A DNA stretch of 63,996 bases, filler included, from Collodictyon triciliatum (taxonomy: Eukaryota): the NCBI GenBank assembly GCA_043381765.1. It is 20 parts of 20 records of this genome, joined end to end, with 100 filler letters (N's around TTAATTAATTAA, not from the genome) between each part and the next. Parts side by side here need not be neighbours in the genome. Positions count along the whole stretch, not along the records: positions 27,080 to 30,347 come from JBHJMP010007548.1; positions 30,448 to 33,714 come from JBHJMP010007549.1; positions 33,815 to 37,081 come from JBHJMP010007550.1; positions 37,182 to 40,447 come from JBHJMP010007551.1; positions 40,548 to 43,814 come from JBHJMP010007552.1; 15 more parts are not named here. One strand, written 5' to 3'. Both the position numbers and the translations under genes were made by a program. The notes beneath the pieces are model-generated. The model worked only from the letters and a program-made list of their open reading frames with translations, did not search any database and had not been told where the DNA came from. This document shows, in pieces, positions 29,394 through 41,318 of the stretch (position 1 is its first letter; each line of letters begins with the position of its first letter).

Positions 29394-30222
29394 TCACGAT
29401 TTATCATTGTCATTCCTGTTGTTGCTTTCTTCTACGCTCGAAACTTCTCCCCTCTTTGGTGTTTGTGAAGAATCCGCTTCATCTGCCTTTCGCTTGGCGG
29501 ACATGCTCATCTGGGTTGGTGTTTCTGATGGAGACTCACTTGGAGACAAGAGGAATATTGGGAGTACAGATTGGGTCTTTCCCACGAGCGAGTACGACTT
29601 TGAGCGCAGTGGCGAAGTCGGAGACGTCTCGTGGAAGATGATATCAGAGACATGAGTCCTGGACTTCTCCAGAAGGGGGGACGAAGGCAGCGGAAGAGAA
29701 TGAACCTGACCGTATCACATCATTTTCTATTTAAATTTGTTTCAAGGGAAAAGAAAATAGAAGCAGGATTTCGTTTGGTGCTGGTGATGGCGCGTTCATG
29801 TTACCGAGTCAATGTTGCCCGACGATCTTTGGTAGAGAAGGCCATGTTGGATACTTGCTATTGCGGATTGGGCTTCTTCCGTGATTGATGACGAAGATGA
29901 CGAAGATGATGAAGACGATGAGCAAAGGCTGACGAGTCCCTCCAATGAATTAGCCAAGTCCTGCAAATTAGATGAACATTGTGTTTTATAATCACCCTTG
30001 CTTTTACTTGGCAAATTGGGACATATTTATGGAATACGATGTTCAACAAACACGAAGAGAGCCGCTACAAGAAATATTCTGCAGTTTGATGAACCCAACC
30101 GTCTTTCGGAGGAATTCAGGGAGTTTAATTCGCCTCAGTTCTGGATTTAGGCGGGCAAGTTCACCAAGCCGATGAGCAACCTCTTGCTTTACAAGAGCTT
30201 CTTTGACAAGTGAATTCACTTC
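29394..30222 (-). CDS. Hypothetical protein, last 3 exons
   Basis: EVNSLVKEALVKQEVAHRLGELARLNPEL... | DLANSLEGLV... | VHSLPLPSSP...NDNDKS* with GT-AG junctions. Confidence 0.55.
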
Positions 30223-30263
30223 CTATATTAAGGGATTCGATGTCTGAACTCGGTTGATTGATA

Positions 30264-30342
<79 letters not shown>

Positions 30343-30460
30343 TGTGTNNNNNNNNNNNNNNNNNNNNNNNNNNNNNNNNNNNNNNNNNNNNTTAATTAAT
30401 TAANNNNNNNNNNNNNNNNNNNNNNNNNNNNNNNNNNNNNNNNNNNNAAAAAAAACATTT

Positions 30461-30533
<73 letters not shown>

Positions 30534-30562
30534 AAAGAATCAGGTCTATTATGGTAAACATA

Positions 30563-33259
30563 CTAGTGTCATAGGGGTCTTCGAGAGCAATGTTGGAAGG
30601 TTGGTCATAGGAGAACCACCCCTTTGAGCCCTAAATATATGTTAAATGAAGACATGTCAACAACTATATATCAATCTTTTCCCCTTTATTCGATTCAAAG
30701 AACAGCTCTGGTACGTTAGTTATTACTTTCTTGTTCTTTACATAACAGAATACCAAGTGAATGATGCACCAACCTTATCAATGTATTTGCCTTTGCCCGT
30801 CACTGAGTGACCAACTCGAACTAAATTAAAGGCCATTCCATACAGATAAAGAAAATCAAGAAAAAGCTGCCCGAGACTCGGAGATTTCCTCTCAGGGAAG
30901 TTAGTAGCATACATCTATGAATATAATAGTGTATTCATGCATATATATATTTACATAGTAGATGCTATCTGATAAAGAATAATCGAAACCTGAAGCCACG
31001 GAAAAATAAAAAATAAAAACACCAATATAAATAAATTTATGTAAAGTTAAATAAAGGATACAATAAGGAGGTCATCAGACGATGAAAGGCACATATAATT
31101 TTAATGGATTTAGCACCTGCAGAAAATTGAGGACCAGGATGGTAACAGCAAAGGACCCCATCCCGCCGGTAAATGTTTCATTTAAGCCGTGCTGGGAGAG
31201 GATATATTTTAAAAGAAGAACTAGTGGCCGCAGTGGTGGATACTCATGGGACTGAGCTTTAATGTAATTCTTGACTTCTTCTGTATTTCCAATAGAGGCA
31301 CCGATGTCCAGCGGATAGCCAGTATATGAGTCTATGACTTTCAGTATTGGCACCTTATATGTAAAGATTGTCAAAACAACACACTGGACAAGGGTTGGAG
31401 TATTCCGATAATAACCCAAAAGATACCCAAAAGATACCCAAAAGATACCCAAAAGATACCCAAAAGATACCCAAAAAGTACCCAAAAGATACCCAAAAGA
31501 TACCCAAAAGATACCCAAAAGATACCCAAAAGATACCCAAAAGATACCCAAAAGATACCCAAAAGATACCCAAAAGATACCCAAAAGATACCAAAACATA
31601 AAAAGGAAAAAAGGGGAGCCAATACTGAACCTTTGCTTTGGAGATGAATTGCAGTTTCCTGGTGGACCTAGACTTGAATAAATGGGAGCGCAAAATATGC
31701 AGAGTATTCATCGTGTCGTACGGGGAGTTGACGATTGATATGTCTATGTCACTAAAGGAAAGAATTGGGTGAGTAACCTGTGGATTAAAGTGAATACCGA
31801 TGTACAAAATAGAAACCTGTGAGGCAAATAAATCGAAAAAGCCACCGACCCAAAGACTTCAACCTATTTCACACGACCCAAACATCAAGATAAAGAACGA
31901 CCACTTTTTTTTAAAATAAAATAATTGGGTAGATAGAAAGCATATGTTCAAAAAATTATATCATTGATAGGAACATGAACTTACATCTGCTCCTGGTAAA
32001 GCTTGCTTTATATCTTTACTAATTCTATTCAGAACATCAATTCTGAGCAAATGCTCCTCCTTCGTTGGTGCAGCCTTTTTGCAGAAGTCTATAATGTTGA
32101 GGTGGAGTCTGGTAATAAAAAAATAATGAATAAAAAATGAGTGTGTTACAAATATTCTTTTTGTGGGTAAGCTGTTGCGTGTTTGTCTTACTTCTGCAGT
32201 AATCCTTGGTCATACGCTTGTGGACTGACACTAGGATCCAAAAGGGACAAAGGATTCTTTGGTGCTTGTATCTCATTTGCGACTGTCTCTTTTTTTGAGG
32301 ATGAGTTACTGAAAGAACCAATCTGAATAGGTAAAACTTCGATGGAATCATCCAATTCGTTGCCACTATCATCATCATCATCTGGATGTTTTGATGCGAT
32401 TGATTATATACACGGAAAATTATGAAAATAAAAGGGCGGATATAAAGTACACGAAAAAATAATAAAAATAATTAATTTTACACCTGTAGCCACGTAAACA
32501 TTTTCAGTGTCCTTTTCCACCTGTTCAATTAAGAATCTGACATATTGCTCGATACTGTCATCCGACTTTTCTCCGGACCTATCATACGGGTCGCTATCAG
32601 AAGATAGACTCTCCTGCTCCACATCAGAAGAATTGTCAGAGGCACTTGATGAAGACATGCTTTCTTGGGAGGATGACAAAGAAAAGCATGCCGCGTCTTG
32701 GCTCTTCCTGATGACATCTGAATCTACTTTTTTTTTCGCCTTCTTATTGGAAGATGTCGGCGCTATGGAGGCGAGTGCCTGGTTTGCTATGGATTCTCTG
32801 ATGATTGTTTCATCATCGCCACTGGAACTGTTGTCTTCAACAAAAAAAACCGAGGAGTGCTTTTGTTTCGACAATTTTGTTCCACTTTGTGCCGCTCCAG
32901 GAGATTTCTGACGAAGCATCAAGCGAGCATGTCGAGTTTTTGCGTCTTCATACGCTCGAAGAAATGTTCGCTCATCATCTTTGTTGGGCAGACGGCCCAT
33001 AAGCTCCTTGAACTTAAGAACGTGCCCATTCGTGTGGAAATGCTCCTTGGCTAGGTTGACTTTGCCGTGCATTATAAAAAGAAAAGAAGACATCATATCG
33101 ACGAAGTATATACTATTGGATATGTACACGCAAATGCATAAAATAATATATAGACAAGCGTTCTAAATAGTATCAAATTGTCATTCATCTATTATCATTC
33201 ATGCAAAGTGACTCACCTTTCTGTCTAGCTATTGAGATGTTGGATATATTGGGTTGCAT
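30563..33259 (-). CDS. TRF4: Non-canonical poly(A) polymerase Trf4/PAPD5 (TENT4) family (3' partial)
   Basis: Spliced: LHLNIIDF...VEVFGSVAFSIYLPHSDIDI (GS, DxD), AKVPILK, LDI, LRPLVLLLKYILSQHGLNETFTGGMGSF, LGQLFLDFLYLYG, IALEDP. Confidence 0.92.
30677..30700 (-). mobile_element. Third copy of the micro-element core (CTTTGAATCGAATAAAGGGGAAAA), no TSD seen
   Basis: 18-bp identity to the copy at 25678; located in a TRF4 intron. Confidence 0.55.
31413..31592. repeat. Intronic 11-bp minisatellite (ACCCAAAAGAT)n, about 16 copies
   Basis: Directly visible, with one variant unit. Confidence 0.95.
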
Positions 33260-33604
33260 ACAAAATCCGTGGTGATAGAAAAAGACTCAGTTAAATTACA
33301 GTTCAGTGGACAGAAAAAAAAATGTTGATCTTATGGGGACATGAGACTTTGGGGAGATATCTATGCACTTCAGACGCACCTTCAGGCAAGCTCAGGTTGC
33401 AGATTACACAAAAGTTGTTCATTGATTTATCCGACCAGATCCCTCGTGTCGGAACACAAACCGGTTGTCTTGTGAGCCTCCTCTGTAAACCAGTGGGGGC
33501 GAGAAATACTGGGGTTAATTAAAAAAAAGCGAACAAAAAGCAAAAAAAGAAAGCAAAAAAAATAAAAAGCAGAAGCAAAAGCAAAAGCAAGAAAAAGCAA
33601 AAGC

Positions 33605-33714
<110 letters not shown>

Positions 33715-33968
33715 NNNNNNNNNNNNNNNNNNNNNNNNNNNNNNNNNNNNNNNNNNNNTTAATTAATTAANNNNNNNNNNNNNNNNNNNNNNNNNNNNNN
33801 NNNNNNNNNNNNNNGAGAAAGAAAAGAGAAAGAAAAGAGAAAGAAAAGAGAAAGAAAAGAGAAAGAAAAGAGAAAGAAAAGAGAAAGAAAAGAGAAAGAA
33901 AAGAGAAAGAAAATAAGGAGGAGAATGGAAAATAAAGAAAAAAAGAGAAAAAAAAAGTATGCACTTAC

Positions 33969-36857
33969 CTTTGCATTCAACTTCTTGACTTCCTTTTGCA
34001 GAGGCCGCATTTTTTCCTTCAATATGCTTTCATGCTCCTTAACAGACATTCCAAGTTGAAGAACTAAATGCATATTCATATATTCAAAAGTCCATAGACG
34101 AGGGAATGTTTTTGAAAAATAAAGAAGCAGGGGAGTAAAGGGGGAAGAGAAGGAGAGATCAAATGGATGAAGCCTATGCAAATGCGTCAGGACAACACCT
34201 TCATCCACGTCACTGTCATCTTGAATAAACAAGACAGCCCTTTCGGTGAAGTCAGAAACTGTCTTCCATATCTTGATTCTATGACAATTATAAAACGGGC
34301 GTCAAATCAAGAAATAGTACGGGCCAATTCTGTCCTTTTCGCATTTTCTGGTGCAGTAAAAGATTCTCCTCAACGTCGATATTGATATATAATAGATATT
34401 TCCACATAATATATGAAGTTATACGGGCCTATATTCGTCGAAAACGAAACAGCAGACAATAAATTGAACATGTATGTATGTAAATCAACATATATATATT
34501 GTCCCCACCCCCTCTCGACTTTGTCACCAGGTATTCTAGATAGATTTTGGAGAACTAGAATGAAGTGATCCCTAAAGTCAGAGCAGTTGGCGGCGTTCTT
34601 AAGGATTTGCTCGGAAAGAACAGAGGGATCGCTATCGTTTAAAGACTTTGTTAGGACATGAAGCACATCAGGATAACATTAGGAGTTTATGGTTTTGGAA
34701 AATAGAGCGAGTATTTTTTTTTTATTATGGAACTGCGAAAAAATATTACTTCGATTGAGTAGTAACAACAGGCTCCTGACTTTCTTCCCGATCAACATCT
34801 TCTTTGACTTTAAGCTCAAGATTAGAGAAATCTTGAATAAAATCATCAAAATCGGCTTGATGGATTTTCTAAAGAAAATAATAGCTTAATATAACCTAAA
34901 ATTTGTATGATGCGGCAATAGATTCTATCAGAGCGAACAACTAACCTTGAGTGTCCCATAAATATCAAGTTTGGAAAGCTCTTCGAAGAGAGACATTTGA
35001 ACTTTTGGTTGTTTCACCCCTCTTATGATACTTAGTATCAGGTCCATACAATGACGCTTCTGCAAAAGAATTTTTAAAGAACAATTCAGTAATTCCGTTT
35101 GGAAAGATATTGAAGGATATATATATATATAGATGAAAAAGGTATTGTAATACATTGTCACCGCTTTTTTGCTCTTCAAGTAGGGTGCATAGAACTTGGA
35201 AACGCTTCAGTTTCTTTGCCTTGGATAGCTCTCGAAGCCCGATGAAGAGTGTAGAACTGGCCCAAAAAAGCATGAGAATCGACAATTGGAGATGAATATT
35301 AATACATATATCACACTCGAATAGCGATGAAACTTACTCTCCAGTTTGGGTTATAAAAGGTAATTTGGCAAGTAGGTTCAAAATAACAAGCGTTTCGGTG
35401 ATTGAGCGACTATCATGCCGAGTGAGGCCATGATAGATGGCGTTGACTAGATTTTGCGACGCGCTGACTCGTCTCAATCCTTCCTATGAATGGGAATAAT
35501 GATATCAGTATAATTTATCTGAAGCACCAATAGCCAGGCAAACTTCAAAAATCTATCAATAAAAGGCATATAAATGGTACATTATCTCCAATCAATGTTC
35601 TTGTAAGCTTGAGCCCAGAAAGGAGCAGGTCATCCTCAGAGCTATTATGTGTGAATGAAAGAAACCAGATCAATACATGCCAGTAAGCATGGATGCTCCT
35701 AACGTAAAAACTTACTTTGACATTCCCTCTTGAAGGACTGCCAGCAAATTAAGCAATCCATTACAATAGAGATAACGATGTCGTAAAGACACATCTTTCC
35801 CTAAATGCACTTCATGGTCAAGCACGGTTTGATGAGAAAAGATGCTCGATATTTCCATGATGATTGATTTCGGTGTAATCGGGCTGTAAGAAAATTATTC
35901 TCATTTTAGACCATTAAGCGAAAAGAGATACATTGATAGCAATATTTTAGATAGTTACTAACATGATGAATACATTAACACATGACTGGAATAAAAAAAA
36001 AAGAACATATTGCAGGCTATTACCCCTCCAGACGGTAGTCGTCCGAGTCATCCTCGAAAACTACGTGAACCTGGAAATAATATAGATATTATTCAGTTTC
36101 TTTTTTCATGGTTAAAAACACTTATTTGATACGCGAGGAGACGCGAAAATAATACAAGAAAATCAAAAAAAAAAACACACAAAAAGAACACCATGAATTA
36201 AACAAAAGAATTTAAAAAATAAAAGGAGAGAGAAACAGAGAATAAGGAATGGATAGTACGATCAACTTTGTTGATGGTCTCTTAAGAAAATCAAGGAATT
36301 TATGTGAATCCCGACCGGCATAAAATGCTTCGGTAATTGTAGCGTCTCATGAACAGAATTCGGTGTCTGCACTATGTACTTTCCTTCCTCTGTTTCAGTC
36401 GTTCCGTTCTTTTGTGCGCATATTGGTTATTGTTATTTTCAAGTAAAACATAAATAAATTAATACAAGGAACTTGATCGAAGAGAAAATAATTCTCCCTA
36501 TTGTGCGATCACCATAGCATAATCATAATGTCTACAAAACACACTGGAATAGTCCAAACATCTTGTATAAGACTGAATATATATATATATATATATCTGA
36601 GCAAAAGAGCAAACCAGAAAGACTTGAAAGTGGATGGTGAACGGTGTGGCTGGAAGTTCCTTGAGGATTATCTCTCTGTGCGGAGTCGCCTCGATGAACT
36701 TTGTGGGTGTGTCTTCTGCGCCTGGAGTGACTGAAAACAAGACTTTGTACTTTGAGGCATCGGCCCAGGAATGTGGGATCGGCTCTGTTGCGCCAGTCGT
36801 CTTTTCCAGCGTGATTCCCTCGACTATGAGCGCAGCTACATGCGGCTTCGAGGCCAT
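33969..36857 (-). CDS. Formin-like protein N-terminal half (C2-like segment, GBD/FH3-like armadillo region, coiled coil)
   Basis: RFQVLCTLL...HCMDLILSII...QMSLFEELSKLDIYGTL and SDPSVLSEQIL...HFILVLQNLSRIPGD resemble the diaphanous FH3/dimerisation region. FH1/FH2 are not on this scaffold. Confidence 0.55.
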
Positions 36858-37181
36858 GCCTGGGTCAAAGCGGTCCTTCGCTTCTGTTGCTGGGCTAGTA
36901 GTTGAATGAGGATGAGAGAGAAAAAGAGAAAAAAAAAGGGGAAAAGGGGGAAAAAGAGGGGAAAAAGAGGGGAAAAAGAGGGGAAAAAAAGAGAAAAAAG
37001 AGAAAAAAGAGAAAAAAGAGAAAAAAGAGAAAAAAGAGAAAAAAGAGAAAAAAGAGAAAAAAGAGAAAAAAGAGAAAAAAGNNNNNNNNNNNNNNNNNNN
37101 NNNNNNNNNNNNNNNNNNNNNNNNNTTAATTAATTAANNNNNNNNNNNNNNNNNNNNNNNNNNNNNNNNNNNNNNNNNNNN

Positions 37182-37274
<93 letters not shown>

Positions 37275-37344
37275 TTTTTTCTAAAGCTATTGCGAACGAT
37301 TATATGGTACCTAGAGTACCTGCGAGTTCACATGTTTCATCCAC

Positions 37345-38118
37345 TTATCGAAACTCTTCAACTTTGCGGGCCTCAAGCCCGGTGCCCACCTGTAGGCCGA
37401 GAGTCAGTTATGTAAGGTAGTATGACTCCACAGGAAATGCTGGAATATGTTTGAAAAGACACGTACATGGTCGAAGAACTGCAGGGCTCGAATGTATTGA
37501 AAGTCCAAATGTTTCGTATTATTCCAACAGGGAAGATTTGAGATGCCGCGCGGCGCTCTTAGAATGTCGACTTTTCCAGACGCATCCATGTGGATTCTCT
37601 TCAGTCTCGTGAGTTCTGTGATTTGTGCCGGGAGCTCCTCTATCTGTACATATATTCATCAGCTACTATATCCAGGAGCATAAAAAGAACGAGAACCAAT
37701 AAGGAATATGTAGTATGTAAAGGACCGGGTTTGAATAAACTCCAAGATATGTGAGTCCAGTTAGGCGGAATATATCTGGTGGTAGAGAAGAAAGCCTGTT
37801 GTCTTGGACATAGAGTTCTTGGAGACGAGTCAAACGAAACACTTCTGGTGGCAGCGACGGTAGCTGATTGTTAGAAAGATAAAGCTCTACGAGACCAGTT
37901 AAGCGCGATATTTCTGGGGGCAGAGTTAGCAGCCGGTTCCAGGAAACGTTCAATACTTTCCAATGATCCAATAAAAAGGCCTCTTGAGGAATGGTAGTCA
38001 AATCCTTGTTGTTGATGCACAGCCTTGTGCGGCTTTTCAAAGAGGCGTCGTTCCCATCCCCTGTGATGCGTCGCAGCCCTTCCAATTCCTCGGTCTGATT
38101 AGACGCTGTGTTCCCCAT
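37345..38118 (-). CDS. Leucine-rich-repeat protein with N-myristoylation motif, 3 exons
   Basis: MGNTAS start; about 5 23-residue LRRs (LxxLYLSNNQLxSLPPE); two GT-AG introns; ends VGTGLEARKVEEFR*. Confidence 0.85.
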
Positions 38119-39590
38119 CAAGTGGAAGCGCTTTGGGCGGGTTTGGGAGCTGCCGCTGGGCAAATGCGCAGGATTATGTGTTAGTGTGTGGCTTGGTGCC
38201 TGCTTGGATTGTGGCCTTGCTGGGCAGGTGACAGGCGTTACTGAGTGGCAGTGGAGGAGAACCCAGGTTCGATGTCATGGGATTCCGCCGGGCGGTGGTT
38301 GAGCACTGAAGGATATGCGCGGCTTCATTTTCGATGCACAGGAGAGCCAAGATAGTTGGCGTCACAGGTTTGAGATGCCATCACATCCGAGGGGCTTTAA
38401 ATATCGAACGTGGAATGTCGATTTTCTTCCAAAGAAGTGAATGTGGGTATGACTTCCAATTAAGGGCTGGCTTGAGTATTGTGATGCGCGAGCTGCCAAC
38501 GTCCTAAGTGAACGTAATGTTGTCGTTGGTCTCGCAAAACGAGAAGCTGTTGTTTGGATGAATATCACCTTGTTTTTAAGGAATAGCATCATATTTGTAA
38601 ATTTCACCTGTGTGATTTTTATGGTAGATATAATATAATTTATTTAATTTCCATTAATAGATTTTTTGTAGTATTCCCGCTAGCGATGCCGCTCCGACTA
38701 TCTTCGCTTTGGTGTCATTTCAACAGTTTCTTGAGAAAACAAAGCCGAGGAAACCGCCTTCGCCCCGAGGACAAGAAATGAGCTGTGGACGAGACGGTGG
38801 AAAAATCATAGATTGTGTGGTTGGCGTATTTGTATTTTGGGTGGAAGAGGAGGAAAAGAACAGAAAAAACAAGGTATAGAGGAGAGAAAGTTCTCACAAG
38901 CAGACTATTCTACCCGAAGCGAATCAGCTCCAACGCGATTTCTCGTTGCGTCCGAGACTGACAGGAGAGCGGATATAGTTGTCGGGTCGATGAAAGCACG
39001 CACATGACGGTTACTTCTCAATCGATTTCGACGAGTCCTTTCAACCGTCTATCTCAGACAAAGTTTACATTTCATTCCACTGGATGAGTCTTTTGAGGAG
39101 ACAACGGGTCACTTTCCTTACTTCTCTTGCTGGGTGACTCAGTCAAAAAACGACACATCGTTGTTTATCTGGTATTAATGGAAGTGGCGCTTGACCGTCC
39201 CCTGGTTTCGGAACCATGCGTAGCTGGCAGTTGAGGCGTCGACCGCCGCGCTTCATCGCCATACGCGGTCTTTTCTCGAATCTCTCTGCTCGTTGTTCTT
39301 TGTTCTTTGCTCTTTGCTGAGGGTTGTTTTCTTTCGGTTCTGAAGAACCGCGACAAAGTAAGTGCGACTGGTTCAAATGAGCTCTTCGTATTGCTGGAAT
39401 GGCCGCTCGTTTCCTTCAGACGCAAAGATTTTCTTCTTTTTGTTTTTGCTTCATTTGTTTGCGTTCTCCTGTGGCGGTTCACAGAGATTCGTAACGGGTT
39501 TGGTGTGATGATCAGTTTTGCAGCATGAAAAGTTTGATTGGCTATTGCGTGTGTATCATACCTAATACAGATTATTTCTGTATTTTCCAG

Positions 39591-39777
39591 TTTTGGTGAG
39601 ATAGTGACAGGTGCTCACAAGTCAAGGGCGCAGCCAGATTTATTGCGTGCTTTGCGCAAGCTTCATCGTGAAGAACATACCGAACGGCTGGCTTGGGTAG
39701 TAGTCACTATACGGGCGCTTTCCTTCGACATTGCGGAAGCGGTGGAAGTGGATGATTTGCTCGCACGTCATCCCAAG
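39591..39777 (+). CDS. Possible exon of an unknown protein
   Basis: Flanked by ttccag and gt; reads FGEIVTGAHKSRAQPDLLRALRKLHREEH...LLARHP. Confidence 0.3.
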
Positions 39778-40548
39778 TAGTCTGTGTATTTTTAATAAAG
39801 AAAAAAATGTGATGGACATTCATTTGAGAGCCGAGGGAATGCCCGATTTTACATACACAAAGACCTTTGAAAAAAAAAAAAACGATTTGGTGAATACTTT
39901 GATGATTTCTGTGAGCGAGTGTTTGTGGCCTCAGCAAAAGCTTCGATGAAACCAGCCTCTCCTCCCTTTTTCAGAGATTTCTAAGGTTTTTGTGGGGTTT
40001 TACTTTAAATTGCATATTCAACGATGCTCAATCTGTCAGGTGTAGATGCATTCGGTAAATATATATATATATATGTAGACTATATCTGACCTCACACAGG
40101 ATTTTATTCAGGCCGCGCCCTTGGTATGCACTATCAACAGACATGACAATTAAGCTCAAATATTTCCCAAAAGGCATGTCAACAAGATGGTCAGCTGTAA
40201 TTGAAAAATGAGAAAATTATTGAATGAAAATGGTCTCCAATTACATGCATGAATAAAATCGTGAAGAGTAACAATAATGATTAAAAAAACTATGGAACTT
40301 ATATGATTATGATAAAATTTTGTATAATATTTAAGTTTAATCATATCAGCACATACTAGGCTCATCCTGGAATAAAGGGTCGATATCTGGGAATAGAGGT
40401 TTGAATCCTCGGCTGACAAAATAGCGTCGCCGAAGTCTGTGAATCATNNNNNNNNNNNNNNNNNNNNNNNNNNNNNNNNNNNNNNNNNNNNTTAATTAAT
40501 TAANNNNNNNNNNNNNNNNNNNNNNNNNNNNNNNNNNNNNNNNNNNNA

Positions 40549-40640
<92 letters not shown>

Positions 40641-41318
40641 AGAGAAAGAAAGAGAGAAAGAAAGCTAGTGGCAAACCTCACGCGTGTAGACAGCCTCACC
40701 CTCCATCTTTTTCTACTTTCGTAACTTCGGCTGTGTGGAGAGCTAGTGTTGGTGCCGGAGTTTCGCAATTTGCTTAAAAGAAAAAGAAAAAGAAAAAGAA
40801 AAAGAAAAAGAAAAAGAAAAAGAAAAAGAAAAAGAAAAGACAAAGACATAGGATACACGATATTAAATTCATGGCATAATTTATGCGATACTTATTAAGA
40901 GAAAAAGCCACATATTTTGTTTTCTCTTTTCTTTGTGTCCCATGGTTTAGTAGCGGGAGAATGGTGCTGACAAAGCGAACTGCATAGCATCCATTTTGCT
41001 GCATATCGAACCAAATTTGTGCCAACAAAAAGATATTTGTCCATTGAAATCAGTAAAGTCGTAGATTGATGGAAGACAAAGACTCGCTTGAAGCAAAAAA
41101 ATAAATAAAAAATAAAAAAAAATGCAGCTAGCACACAAAGGTGGATTATCCTGCCAATCAATTCTGAGTTATATCTGTTTTCGCTTCATTACTGCCTTTT
41201 TCTTCTTCTTTTTTTTTTTTTTGGAGTTTACTGAGGAATGATTTTATTCTCTTCCACATTATATTTTTCTGATTTGCTTTGATTATGAAGAAAAAATTAA
41301 TACTGCCAACGCGAACAA

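Noticed and set aside
38240-38290. tRNA or tRNA-derived SINE (GGTTCGAT)
   Set aside because: The T-stem does not pair and there is no cloverleaf.
40397-40412. tRNA T-arm-like hairpin GAGG-TTTGAAT-CCTC
   Set aside because: No acceptor, D or anticodon arms are recognisable.
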